Part shown: in pieces, positions 37,082 through 53,368 of the stretch
Numbering within the stretch: the stretch's first letter is position 1
How the letters are laid out: each line of letters begins with the position of its first letter
DNA from: the human T2T-CHM13v2.0 reference genome, Homo sapiens
Length of the DNA stretch: 64,000 nt
Direction: 5' to 3' (one strand)
Assembly: GCF_009914755.1 (NCBI RefSeq)
Contig: NC_060927.1
Program-made: the position numbers and the translations under genes
Notes under the pieces: generated by a model
Database searches by the model: none
The model's input: only the letters and a program-made list of their open reading frames with translations
Told to the model about the DNA's origin: nothing

Positions 37082-39888
37082 AAACTGGAACACAAAATGC
37101 GTGTTATAATAATGTCAAGCCTTTATCAGAAATCAGTACATAAGTGAGGATACACAGCCAAAATGAGCCATCAACAAAAGCAGTATAAATTTTAAATAAG
37201 TTTCAGATTTCTATACTCAATATGCTAAAGAAAATAAAACCGAAAGAGTAGTTTCAATTTCACAATTCACAGTTGATTGGTTTTAATCCCATGACACGTT
37301 TGTCATTCTGCAGCCCCAGAACACAGACTTCCAAAGCAGTGACTGGCACTCCGACCCAACAGCATACACAGATCTTAAGCCTCTGTATGACATTTAGAGA
37401 AAATTTTAATAAACAACCCTAATTACACACAGTTTGGGCTGACATTTTTTAGCTATATCCTTTATCAAAGATAGTTCTAGTGAAATAGCAAAAGCAGTTT
37501 TAAAAGTTTGCCATGCCATTCAATAAAGGGTTCTAAAGCCTCCCTTGGTTTTACATTTTATTCTCTAATTTAAAACAATAACTGCATTAAAATGCAACCT
37601 TAATGGTGAAAGCAAAATCGGTTTTGCTTCTGAATCTAGAGCATATTTCCAAGGAGAAGCAACTTATTGTCCCAGCAGATATATGGAATGCTTTAAAGCA
37701 GGATCTGACATACTCCAGTAAGGCATTTCAAAGCAGACACATCATACCCAAACTAAATCATTATGGTCAGTCAAGGATACCACAGGTGAACACCAAGTAA
37801 CGCAGAGTTAACGTGAAATTCTTACAAATGACACACGATTTACAAAACCCCAGAAAGGTACTCAGGTACCAAAAGAGGGCAAAACAATGACCAGCCACTC
37901 CAAAAGAGTTTTGTTCCTATACATGCCATATTTGCAGAGTAGAAACAAACTGCCCTATTTGCGCTTTGCCCTAGGATAATATCACTCATTCTGACATGTG
38001 GAGTTACTCTTCCTTAAAAAAATATATCATGTAGAGAATACACAAATAATAATAAATGATATAGAACATTTATTATTTTCACTAGTGAGGGGGTCACTTA
38101 AGCACTTACAAAGACTTATAAATGAATCATGAAGGTCATCAAAATGCAAAAACATCCAATAAATGTTGCATTATTAGTATTCAACAGTGCAGCAAGATTT
38201 TTAGCAACTGCGTCGGGCTTAATTTGGAACTATGGCCATGAGAATATGTTTAAGTTCAAAGAACTGCCAGATGTCTAAAAAAAAAAGTGTAATTAGTAAA
38301 AATATGGATTTTCCCTCCAAGGGCCCAAAGGAAGTGTTCAGTTACTTTGGAAGCCATGAATTTTATCAAACACACACAAGAATATGAATCTGGAACATTT
38401 CAATTCTGATTCAATTCTACCCATTGAATCTTCATGACCTGGAGAAAGTCACTTAAAATTTTTAGATTTTATCTAAAGAATCTTATCCACAAAAAGTGGG
38501 CATAAAAATAAAGGCATATGTAAAAATAATTTTTTCTAAACATGACTACAATAAAGCTAAAGATGGTTACTAAGGCTTACAATTTCAACAACTCATTGTA
38601 CAGTACAATCATTTTTAATTCTGCTAATTATAGCTGGAGGAAGTGTGGATAATTACAATTCTCAAGGAATTCAAATCAAATTCTTTAGAAAAATTAATAG
38701 TTTCAACTTACTAAGCTACTTAATCTGCTCTCCTAGAGTTGTTTAAAACAGCTAATTATATAGGGGTTTGACCCTTTACTCCCCTCTACCTTCTGGTAGA
38801 GCAGCTGAAAGTAGTGAAAGGAGAAGTGACAAGAGGGAGAAAAGCAGCAACAGATTGAAATGAGGTATTCGCTGATTTCATAAACCCCAATCAGTAATTT
38901 ACAGTTTTTTGAAGAAGCTGCATAGTTTGGCAAAAATACATTATCAGAAGTGGGGAAAAGAAAAATTATATTGAAACTTTAAAATTTATGACAAGCACTT
39001 AAAAATGACCAATTCTAAAATAAACTTGTGTTTGAAAGGAATTGTCCTCCCTCACCCTAAGTACACACAAAAAGAGAAACTGGAAGACAAAAGTCCACAG
39101 GAGGAAAAAAAAAAAAGTATGTTAATTGGCTCAGATTATCAACTTCATACACCACTTTCAAAATAGATATTTAAACGAATACTAAACCTTAATTAATGAC
39201 ACCCATGCTAAGAATTTAGGGCAGTGTATTGCCTAAAATTTACTTTGGAATGTTCTTTAAAAAAAAAATCTGATGGATCGATGGATGAAAAGAGGGATAG
39301 AGAATATGAACAGATACATGGCAATACAAGTATAGTCAAATGTTGATGGCAGAATCTAGCAGTGGTTATACTGCAAAGTTTTTTCAACTTTGATATATGT
39401 CTGAAAATTTTCTTGAGAAAATGTTGAGGAACATGTTAACATTTCTATAATAAAATCAGTCTAGCAGGGCGTTTCTAAGATTCTAAGTAGTCAGGCAATT
39501 TAGAATTTTAAATTAATTAAACTAGGGAAAATTTTGCTTTTAATGGCTTCAAACCTGATTTGTGAAGATGCTTCATTTAATATAGAAATGAACTAACACA
39601 ATTAATAATTATTGTGCCAGTCTCTTCGCTTTAGCTGCAAATACATAATTTTTCCCCTCTCTACAGAAGACAAGTTTGAAAATGACCACTAGAATAAAGA
39701 ATTTTTCCAAACATCAGTGTCAAGCTCTTCCAATCAACCACACTGCCATTCACTAAGTACAAACGCAACACAGATCAAGGTGAAAAATGATCTCTGACTT
39801 CTGCCAGCTTGGGAAAACTGGATTCATTTTCAGAATGTATGGTTTCTGATCAATAATGACAATAGTTTTACTTGATATCAAATTGACA

Positions 39889-39894
39889 TTTATT
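39889..39894 (-). terminator. ZMAT3: Candidate intermediate poly(A) signal AATAAA
   Basis: TTTATT on plus; preceded on the mRNA by a U-rich upstream element. Confidence 0.5.
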
Positions 39895-42800
39895 TAAAAA
39901 AGGGAAAAAAAAGACGTAGAACAGAATTCACACAGACCTTTGTTATTCCAAGCTCCTATTTATGAATGGTGATTAATAGCAATAATTCTGTCTCTCTTCT
40001 CTCTGTGAAATGCTAACACTTGCTAAAGGCACTCAGATTCTGGGCTTAACGGAGACAAGGTCACATGGGACCATAAGCCAGTACGTTTTTTGGTAGCTAC
40101 CCAGAAAGGAAGTTTACAAATGTTCCTCCCATTCATAACGGGAAGAAAAAGTCAAACAGCTATCAGTAGAAGCGTTTTATGAGAAGCTATTTACACAGCT
40201 ATTTGTCCATTCAGCCAGAGTGACAGTAACTGCTCACAATGGTAGGGGTTCTCCCCTGCCAAGAAAGCAAAAACAATAACAAAACACTTTTTATCATATA
40301 TGAAACTCCTGTACAATGATTTGGCTAGAAGAAAAAAATAGTTGGTAAGGTCAAATTTGTTTTAAAACATCTGTTCAAAAGCCTGCATTAAACTTTTATC
40401 TGTCCTGACAAAACATGTCTCAATTTCTTTCTAAAGCAGCTCTATTGTCCTAGCATATGCCTCACCAAGTCCTTTAAAGGGCATTTCCAACCTTAGTTCT
40501 GACAATGAAGACACAAAGTAGGTTAGGTTCCAAAACCACCCTTCCTAGCCCTCCCTGTAGAAAATACCATGTTGCACAGTTACATGTGTCCCCTGACACA
40601 AACGACACTCATTTTACGTAGGTCACTGGACCTCAAACTGTTGTTGCTTGCTGTCCCAGCCAATTCAAGAGTGAAGGAAGATGTAACCAGACATACATAT
40701 CTCCCTTTCTCCCTGTTCAAACTGTAGATAGGTAGCTATAAGCAAGCATATAGTTCTGTAGAAAAGCTTTCTAAAATGAGGTGGAAGATCTCGTGCTTCT
40801 TGTTAGCTTTTTAAGTCAGGGGAATGTAAGGATGATGTCAAATAGCCACGATTCTTCTTTTAAACTCAGGGCTTCAAAAATCCTACCTGGTTTTCTAAGT
40901 TTACCAACTAATTAAAAGGTCAGTGAAGAAGAGTTGGAGGAGGAACTTTTTCCAAATAAATGGTATAAAAAAATTATTCACCTTGCAGAATTTAGTGCAA
41001 TAAGAGACAGGCAGACAAACATAAACAACATGCACATATTTACAAGTTGCAGGACATGATGCACAATGTGAAGACCAACAAAGTATTTTCAAAGCATCTT
41101 CAGTGCACTCAAAAGGATTACAGGGCACACTCAGTTTAGTAACTGAACTTTTTTTACAAAACCACTTCAAAGGTATATGCAATCCAATCTTTTAGTTGAA
41201 ACACGAATTTTCTTTCTTTACAACTTCTTACCCTCAATACCTAAGAAGAATTCTAATTGTCATCTTCTAACGTTGATTTTTTATGACAACTTACACAAAG
41301 ATATTATTCACAGAGAAAAGAGACTGATGCTATGAGTTCCTATGGATGATTACCGAAATCTAAGTATTTTTTTTTCTAATTTTTGTTGTTGTTGTGGTTT
41401 AGGCCTCTGTCCATCCTTGAAGACAGCATAGAAAAGGACACTAACATAATTCCTGGGGAGCACAAGGTGCAAATCCTAAAGTATGTTACAGAGACAGACT
41501 GAGCTTCACAAAATGAAACCAACGAAGATCACATATCACTGACTCAGAAGAAACAACAGTCTGCTTAAACAGAGAAAAAACACTGTTTATGGAATACATG
41601 AATATGAGAAATTGTACCATGCAGAGATGTATGTATTTAGGCATTTCCTGCCTGATAACCTCTGTCACCCTTTGTTTTCACCTATGGAACAGAGAAGAAT
41701 ACTGCAAGGTAACAAGCTCAAAACATAACCTACTGTCATAGAGATTTGTGATTTTTTTTCAGATGTGCATGTAACTTTTACAAGTGATCATGGAAGTTAT
41801 TTATCAACTTCCCAGAGTTTGGAATTTAAGGAGCAAACTGAGTTATTGTAGGCAATACGGTACTAAAGTGTCCTATAAAACAAACACATAGCTCTTTTTT
41901 AGTGCAAAGAAATATAGCAAGTAAGAAATAACACTATAAATCTAACTTCTTTCTTTAAAAGAAAATGTGCTTATGCATTCATAACATCCATTAAGGGCAC
42001 TGGGAAACTGGAAACCTGAATCCACAAGGCCTGAAAAAACATCAAGCCCTTAAGTCGGCTGCTTTTTCTACGTATATAATGAAATTGTTAAGTGGAGAGA
42101 GCAAGGGGAACCCTTCTTATAAAACTATTTCCAATGGAAAACAAAGTGGATGAATGACATTTTTACAAAATATAAATTCATGTTCGTATCTTCTACTGTT
42201 ATTTGAAATAAGGGTTGAAATACCTCTCTATGACAACATATATGTACGTGTGTGTGGGGGGGTATGCATACACACACATCTACCTATGGAGGAAAAAAAC
42301 TAGATTTTTAGGTAATCATAGAACCAAGCGGCCAGCACTATAATGTTAAAATTAACCAAAAAATTATATTTAGCAGCAAAATGAATAACCTACTGGCCAA
42401 TAAGAAAAGCCCTAAATTGCTCAAAACTAAGCAACTCTACTTTATAGATTACTGAAAAAAAAAAAATAATAATAATAATAAAAGGGTTATTATACTAAGA
42501 GTCACAGGTCTAGATAGAATCCTAACAGAATAGTATTTGATTCTTCTGTTTCTGGGAGAAGAAAAGTTACAAAATAATTCTACTTCTCAAAGAACCACCA
42601 CTTCAAGAGAAGACAGTAACTGGATACTATACAAGGGTTAATCACACAAAACTCGTTTTTAAACATGGGTCTGAGTTGTTTAAAAATTGTCCCAAAGTAT
42701 TACAGAAGAAGAATGATTGTAATTTGCCTTCCCCAATTTTTTTTGCCTACAGAATTATCAAGAAAAAATAGAAGTTTTACCTCTAATTAGTAATACAAGC

Positions 42801-42989
42801 AATCAAATGTGAACTGACCATTGTGCAAACATACTGCTTAAAATATAAACTTCCTGATCAAGTGGGCTTTCAAAAGAAATACGGATGACCACTGGTCTTA
42901 CCCATATAAAATATAGTAAATAGATAAAATGCAGTTAATGAATATTCACAGAGCACTCCATTAGTTAATCTAGATATATATTATAGCTT

Positions 42990-43090
42990 CTTTTTTTTTT
43001 TTTTGGAGACGGAGTATTGCTCTGTCGCCCAGACTGGAGTGCAGTGGCACGATTCTTGGCTGACTGCAACCTCCACCTCCTGGGTTCATA
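42990..43090 (-). mobile_element. Partial Alu (right-arm 3' part) in the 3'UTR
   Basis: Poly(T) then GAGACGGAGTATTGCTCTGTCGCCCAGACTGGAGTGCAGTGG. Confidence 0.85.
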
Positions 43091-43470
43091 CAACTTCTTA
43101 TTTTAAACGCAAAAAAACAAAAATAATAATACTGATATAATTATCAGATGCCAAAGTGATCTATCATATACTTGTTAGTATCTTCAAGAAAGCCGAATTA
43201 CAAAGAATAAAACCATAGTTCGTGTATATTTCTACTGGAAACGAAGATAGTGAAACTTTATTTGCTTTTTAAAAAATTCCTCTGTGTATAAAACAGCAGG
43301 TGGTGATATTTTTCAGGATGGCCACCAGACTGGCAAGACAGAGGAAAATGTAAGTAAACCGTAAGAATCAGATTATCAAAAAAGTCTGGCAAAACAAAAT
43401 ATCAAGCAATCTGAACTTATGGTTTAGATCATGATATAAGCGCATGTTACTATCAATGAAGTAACTCTAA

Positions 43471-43867
<397 letters not shown>

Positions 43868-44133
43868 CTATTTTTTGAAATCATATCCATCTTAAACTCA
43901 TTGAATATTCAAATATGAGGCTTGGAAAACCCACAGCACAGCTGGGGCATGAAAATGGGCTTGTTAGACAAGCTGATTCAACTAGGGGGGAAAAAAGAGG
44001 AGGGAAGAAGGCGGCAATTATATGTGTGAAATCCACAACTGGAAATCAAGTTTAGCTGTTTGGAAGTATACAAGCTCATTGGGAGTATTTGAATTCAAGA
44101 AAACTTGCGCTTCAATGATGGGGAGACATGATA

Positions 44134-44516
44134 CAGAAAAAAAAATGTCCTGGGAAAGACCCTAACAGTTTCTAATAATGTATCCTACTGACAATGCATT
44201 GAGGTGGCGGTTCTGGTTAAGCCCTGGGAAACTGAAATCTCTGCTGACCTATTTTTACTTTGATCTAAAAAGAATTCAATACAATTCTTTAACAGTACAT
44301 AAAACTACAATTGCAAAAGAAAATGGCAGAAAAAAATGTCCCGGGAAAGACCTTAACAGTTTCTAATAATGTATTCTACTGACAATGCATTGAGGTGGCG
44401 GTTCTGGTTAAGCCCTGGGAAACTGAAATCTCTGCCAACCTATTTTTACTGTGATCTAAAAAGAATTCAGTACAATTCTTTAACAGTACATAAAACTAAA
44501 ATTGCAAAAGAAAATG
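44134..44516. repeat. ~190-bp direct tandem duplication (2 copies) in the proximal 3'UTR
   Basis: 44134-44326 and 44327-44516 differ at only about ten positions. Confidence 0.95.
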
Positions 44517-44864
44517 AAACTTTTAAATAGTCAAAGTTCTAAGCCGTCAGGCTACTAGTTGACCAGAACTTGAGCAAGATAAAAAGTTATTTCTGATGGG
44601 GTAGGTAGGTCACATGCTATGAGCGGCTCAACACCATTGACCCTGCAAAAGCGTTATGACCTAAGAAGCACGTTCTTCACACCCACCTCCCCCCGCCCCG
44701 CCCCCGGGCCCCCAGGTTTTGACATCTCATGGTACCACTGTGGGTTACACGTATTAACATTAAGCAGAGGAATGTACTCATATCAAAAAGACCACAAAGC
44801 AGGGCAAGTTGACAAAAGGCAAACAACAGGCAGGAAAAGCTGCTCTATCTTAATATGATAATCA

Positions 44865-45076
44865 CTATACATATCCCAGATTCTCCATCTCATTCCTGTA
44901 CCGCTGTTCAGACACCTTGCTCTTATGTTGCTTGCTCTCTAAATGCTGCCGGAATTCCATCTCTTCGCCAGCTCCAACATTACACATTGAGCAGTAAAAC
45001 TGGCCACTTGGAGTAACACACATGGCCAGATCACGTGGAATTCTCTGCCGAGAGCGGGGATTGAAGTAAGGACCTG
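44865..45076 (-). CDS. ZMAT3: ZMAT3 last coding exon (A220-V289, zinc finger 3, stop TAG)
   Basis: (A)GPYFNPRSRQRIPRDLAMCVTPSGQFYCSMCNVGAGEEMEFRQHLESKQHKSKVSEQRYRNEMENLGYV*; acceptor ctttag|CAG|GT (NAGNAG); C-x2-C-x12-H-x5-H finger. Confidence 0.97.
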
Positions 45077-46200
45077 CTAAAGCAAGAGATAAAAATAATA
45101 TATTCAAAATATTCATTAAGTGAATGACAACCTGACCAATTATCACTGTAATTTGTAATTCTAAGTTCAAATTATAAAATTCACAGATTCTTAGCTTTAA
45201 GTGAATGTGAAGTTAATGGATTTTTAAAATTACAATTTTACACAGGTTCGATCTAAAAAGATAAAATGATTCCTCCAACTATTGTCAGAAAAATTGCTTT
45301 AGAGCCAAACCCAAATTCCAAATGGCTGTGTCTCTAAAAAAGTGAATACGCTTTTAAAAATACTTTAATTTCCAAGCATTATATCAGAAGTCTTATGCTT
45401 ATGCTAACCCTTTAATCCAAAAATTCTACTTGTAAGAATTATCCTAAGAAAATACTAAGAATTTTCACACTGAGATTTAATAGCAATATGTTTATCTCAG
45501 CAGTGATTATAAAAGCAAAAATTTAGGGGGAAGAAGAGATTCAAAAATAGGATTAAAGAAAGTATGGTAATGAATGCAATGGAAAACTATGCCATTGTTA
45601 AATATAATAATGCTATAGAAAACTCTTACGCTATTAAGTAAACTATGAATATCCCAAACTAGGATCCCATTTCTATTTTAAAGAAGTCATACATATGAAG
45701 AGACTAGAATGAAATCTGCAAAAGTGTTGGTGACATTACTGATCATTTCATTTTCTTCTTTTTACATTACTGACCTCATAAGCTGGACGCTTAGTTCGTT
45801 AACTTTATGCTTTTCACTTCCACTATAATAATATATAGGTAATACTTTTCTCAAAATACTGCTTTCACTGCATCCTACAAGTGTTAATATATTTTCATTA
45901 CTGTTTCACTGTAGGAATTTTTAATTTCCAGTATAATTGTTTCTTTGAACCATGAGTTATTTAGAAGTGTTTTTAAATTGGAAAACAAATGGAAATTTTG
46001 TTTGCTTTTCTATTTTTGTTGTTGACATCTCATTTCATTGTACTCTGGTCAGAGAACATAATCTATCCTAAAATTTATTTTTCTGATATTAATACAGCTA
46101 TCCCAGCTTCTTTCATTTCAGATGGATTTCTTTCATCCAATTTAACATTTTTTGGACTTTGGTAATTTTACATTTATTACAATTATTAATATATGTTTAG

Positions 46201-46535
<335 letters not shown>

Positions 46536-47271
46536 TGAATTGTGCTTTCTATATGTCCTTTTTTTAGTAGGCTTCTCTGGCTTTTCAGTTAGCTCTGTTT
46601 TCTATTTGTTTCACTGTTCAAGTAAATGACCTCTGCTGGCATGTGCATGAATCAGAGGCTGAAGTAGAGGGGAGGGTGAGGGACTACTCAGCCCACTCTC
46701 CCTACTGAAGACAATCAGAAAATGCAGAATTTATTCCTATAAATCAGTGTTTGTGAACTAAATGTGTATATCAGAAGCATCAAGCAAGCATTTTCAAAAC
46801 ACACATATGTCTGGGTCCTACTCCAAATTTATTCATTGAAAATCTCTAAGTCATGGTTCAGGCATTTTGTAAAAGCTCCTTGGGTAATTCTGTTTCACTA
46901 GCCTGGTTAAAAAACACTGCTTTAGAATCTTTTCTTTAACATGGTACAACTTTAAACCAAGTAGCCCATTTTTATCATGTCTTTTACATTTCTCAGCTGG
47001 AAATATAAACAAACATAAGGGGACAAAGATAAGAGATCCTAAAACACAGACTATAGTGTAAAACCAAAATAAATAATATATTATTTACAACAATAAAGTA
47101 AATAAATGAGACCTGAAATACACACCAGCCTGAAAGGCCGCCACTAGACTAATTCAATAAAACACTGACTAACTCCAAATTCTCAGGGCTATCTATTATC
47201 ATTAAAAGAAATAAAAACAAAGGAGACTAGGTACAGAATGTACCCAAGGTATGTGGAAACAGACAAGATAC

Positions 47272-47372
47272 CTGAATTATTCTGTACTGTATACATATTT
47301 CTCCTGTTAGGCATCATCTTAAACTCATTCCCTTCTTTCCTGGCCCGCCGTTGACCCAGCTCTGAGGATTCC
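47272..47372 (-). CDS. ZMAT3: ZMAT3 coding exon (101 nt; basic NLS-like linker)
   Basis: ctccag|G GAA TCC...AAT TCA G|gtatct; ESSELGQRRARKEGNEFKMMPNRRNMYTVQNNS; phases 2/1 match the neighbouring exons. Confidence 0.97.
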
Positions 47373-47494
47373 CTGGAGAAAAGAAGTTTAAAAAAGAGTG
47401 AGTCTTCTAAACAAGAATCCCTTTCTACTCTTTTTCTTTAAAGACAGTCAATCTCACATAACACTTTGGCCTCAGAGAAAATGGCAATACCTAC

Positions 47495-47661
47495 GAGAAT
47501 GAGTTACTCTGAGCTTCCGCCAGCCGCAGCCTCTTGGCATGATTCTTCCCTTGATAGTGAGCCTGAGCCACAGCTGGGGAACTGAAGGAGGCATCACAGA
47601 GCTTACAGTAATCATTCTCCGTGGCCAGGATCACTCGGCCTCCTGGCTTAAAGGAGCCCAT
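47495..47661 (-). CDS. ZMAT3: ZMAT3 coding exon (167 nt; zinc finger 2)
   Basis: tgtcag|ATG GGC...TTC TC|gtaggt; MGSFKPGGRVILATENDYCKLCDASFSSPAVAQAHYQGKNHAKRLRLAEAQSNSF. Confidence 0.97.
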
Positions 47662-48693
47662 CTGACATCAAAGACACAAGAAGAAACAAAGTTAAAAAAA
47701 ATACAGAGTTTCCTCCTTCTCCTCAAAGGTCTTTCTAAGAGCTGAAAAACAACCAAAGGATATGGCATGACCACAAGCATTAAGCTTCATCAAGAAAATA
47801 ATTCAATCCAGGAAAACAAAAAGGCTGGGAGATACTTAATCATGGTTTTGCATTATAATCACTTAGGTACCAAATTAGTGAATGGCTAGTTGCTGTCGCC
47901 ACTGAAGACATTTTTTAAGAGTTTAAAAACCTTAGATTTAGGACAGTAAGTCATGGGTAAAATAGGTAAGGCCTAAAATCACATTACGGGAAACAGTAAA
48001 GTCTGCAGAATCCATCGATAAGCATTTAGTGACTGTTAACTCTTTATCAGGGTTGCTGTCTAGTCCAGGAGGGATACATAGTCATATATTTTTTTAAAAA
48101 GAGCCCCTGTCCACAAAGAGTCTACAAACTAGCTACAGATATAATCCGGAAAAAAATTAAAAATAAGTAGCAAATCCAGACAACTGTAGTCAGGTTGTGG
48201 AATAACATGTTAAAGAGAGCCTAACAGATTGCCCAGAAGATAGTAGGCATTCAGTAAGTATTAGGTTAACAAAAAAAATGACACACTAGGTTTTGGCCAG
48301 AAGAGAATAATATAGTACATGATAAAGATTCTGGAAACCACATATATCAGCAACAGTTGCAGAAAACAGCATCATTTCACTTGGAAGGGAAGTTTTTTCT
48401 GGGGTATGCTCTGAAGAAAGGCTTAGGCTGCCTGCCCGGGAGGGTGGAGCCCACTGAAAACAGCCCCCACTGGGGGTAGCTATTCAATTCTAGAGCAGCC
48501 TTCAGAAACCAGTGACAGGAAAACTATGCAGCTTGAAGATCTCTCTGGGTATCTTCTTGTTCTCTGATTTGGTTTTTTATATATCTCATTTTCCCCACAA
48601 ATCCATGAGAAGGAAGAACAGCCAGAATTGCTACCCACACTTTTAAATACTAAAAACTAACACTCAGAAAAGTAAAATGATACAAGCTGGTTA

Positions 48694-49022
<329 letters not shown>

Positions 49023-49319
49023 AGAAAGAAATTCTTGCTCCACCACTTTACAAAACCTGTAACACCATGGAAAGTTACTTAGCTCATCTAAGCTTCTAAT
49101 AAACTTCAGTGAGGCTGAAACTGCTGACCTATGGACACCAATTTGAGTAATATGGCCAATACCTCTAAGTCGCTGCAAGCATTAAATGACGTCAGGGCCT
49201 GGGACTAAAATGAAGCAAGTGAGACACTTGCCTTGGGCTCAGAATTTAATGGAGCATCAAAAAAAACTCAGCAATCAAGATTAATAATACTTTCATGGAA
49301 TTTTTTTAATTACATTTTC

Positions 49320-49514
<195 letters not shown>

Positions 49515-50116
49515 TAAAATACCAAAATTTTACATTCAGAATCAGTAACAACACTGCCACACCAAGTCATATTGCAGCCTGGGGCAAAAGGAAAATCAGT
49601 AATACTTATTTTAAGTTTTTAATGTTTTGTTCACCACTATTTTAAATCAATTTTACATTTCTAAAATATTGTATTAAATATCTATCTTTATTACTGAGTT
49701 TTTTGGCTCCTTCTTAAATTTTATGCCCAAGTTTAGTGCATCCATCACCTCACCATAGTCCCAGCCCTGACTGAAACAACGTATGAAACATGCTCAGCAC
49801 AGTGCCTGGCACGATATGTACTCTATTATAACTATTATTATTTATGACCACTGTATTGTTTTTATGGACATATAACACTTCAAAGACAGATTAAGAGTAG
49901 ACTCCATGTTTCAGAGGCTACTAAGGTACAGGAATATCTTGCCTAAAGCACCTGTTCTATCTTCCAAAGAGCAGAAGAACTTGGTTTTCAAGTCTGTTTC
50001 ATGATAGCAAGGTTCAAAACATGTTTACACAGGCTCTCTGAATAGAGGTAAGTAATAAGCAATCTCAAACACCTAATTTTGCAACTGGAAGACAAAATCT
50101 GAAATAAATGGGATGA

Positions 50117-50502
<386 letters not shown>

Positions 50503-50728
50503 TATTTAGCCCAGAATTTTAAGAAATGTATAAAGACTCATGTAACAATAGCCTGCATTAAATCCAGCACTGTAGTTCAAGGAGTTAAAAGTACCAAGCA
50601 GCATCTTTCAGGATTATTTTCCCAACTGTACCCTAATGGACACATGGACGACAAATGTCATCTATAACCATTTGTGCATATTACAGCTTCCACCCTAATG
50701 CTGCTTCACCCTGACACACATGTCTCAC

Positions 50729-50848
50729 CTGCGGAGGGACTGGAACAACTGGAGTAGCTGCAGGCTCGACCACATTGCTCATTCTAGCAGGAGGAGGACA
50801 GCTATTTGCTGCATAGTAATTTCGGAGTTTCTTACCATGATTTTTACC
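50729..50848 (-). CDS. ZMAT3: ZMAT3 coding exon (120 nt; end of zinc finger 1 and Pro-rich linker); upstream exons lie beyond the window
   Basis: tttctag|GGT AAA AAT CAT...CCG CAG|gtgaga; GKNHGKKLRNYYAANSCPPPARMSNVVEPAATPVVPVPPQ; phase 0/0. Confidence 0.97.
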
Positions 50849-50872
50849 CTAGAAATAAAAATAAAATGAGTA

Positions 50873-51190
50873 CAGCAGTCCACCCTTATCTGCAGTTTCA
50901 GCAATTTCAGTTAGCTATGGTCAACTGTGGTCCAAAAATATTAAGATATTTTGAGAGAGAGACCACATTCACATAATTTCCATGACAGTATATTTTTATA
51001 ATTGTTCTTTTTTCTAATTAATTATTGTTGTTATTCTCTTACTAGCCCAATTTATAAATTAAACTTTCTCCTGGGTTATGTATGTACAGGAAAAAAAAAA
51101 AACGCATATAGAAGAGTTCAGAAATATCACGGTTTTAGGCTTCTACTAGAGGTCTTGATATCTCCTATGGATAAAAAAAAATGAAAACTG
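50873..51190. mobile_element. MER44/Tigger-type Tc1-mariner DNA transposon
   Basis: TA|CAGCAGTCCACCCTTATCTGCAG ... GGATAA..CTG|TA; TA target duplication and degenerate TIRs. Confidence 0.75.
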
Positions 51191-51474
51191 TAATCACCAT
51201 GAGAAAGTGTGTCAAACTGAGTTAATCAATGTATTTACTTAATCACTTAAAAAAAAAAAGAAAAAAACACAATACTAACTACATTTTATTCCTTCACACA
51301 TACACAACCCTGGGGGTAAACAGACTACTATAGTGCTAGATTTGATTGCTAGATCTTGAAGTAAAAGAGCCTACTCTTTGGCTCTAACAGAACAATTAAA
51401 TTTTTCTGGGAAAGACAAGAGAACACAGCCAAAGGAAATTAATTTCCTGTATGTTTCTTAAAAAGTATCACATT

Positions 51475-53368
<1,894 letters not shown>

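Noticed and set aside
45077-45170. N-terminal part of the 101-aa ORF 44865-45170 (MNLELQIT...)
   Set aside because: It is intron sequence that happens to be open; the real exon starts at the AG acceptor at 45076/45073
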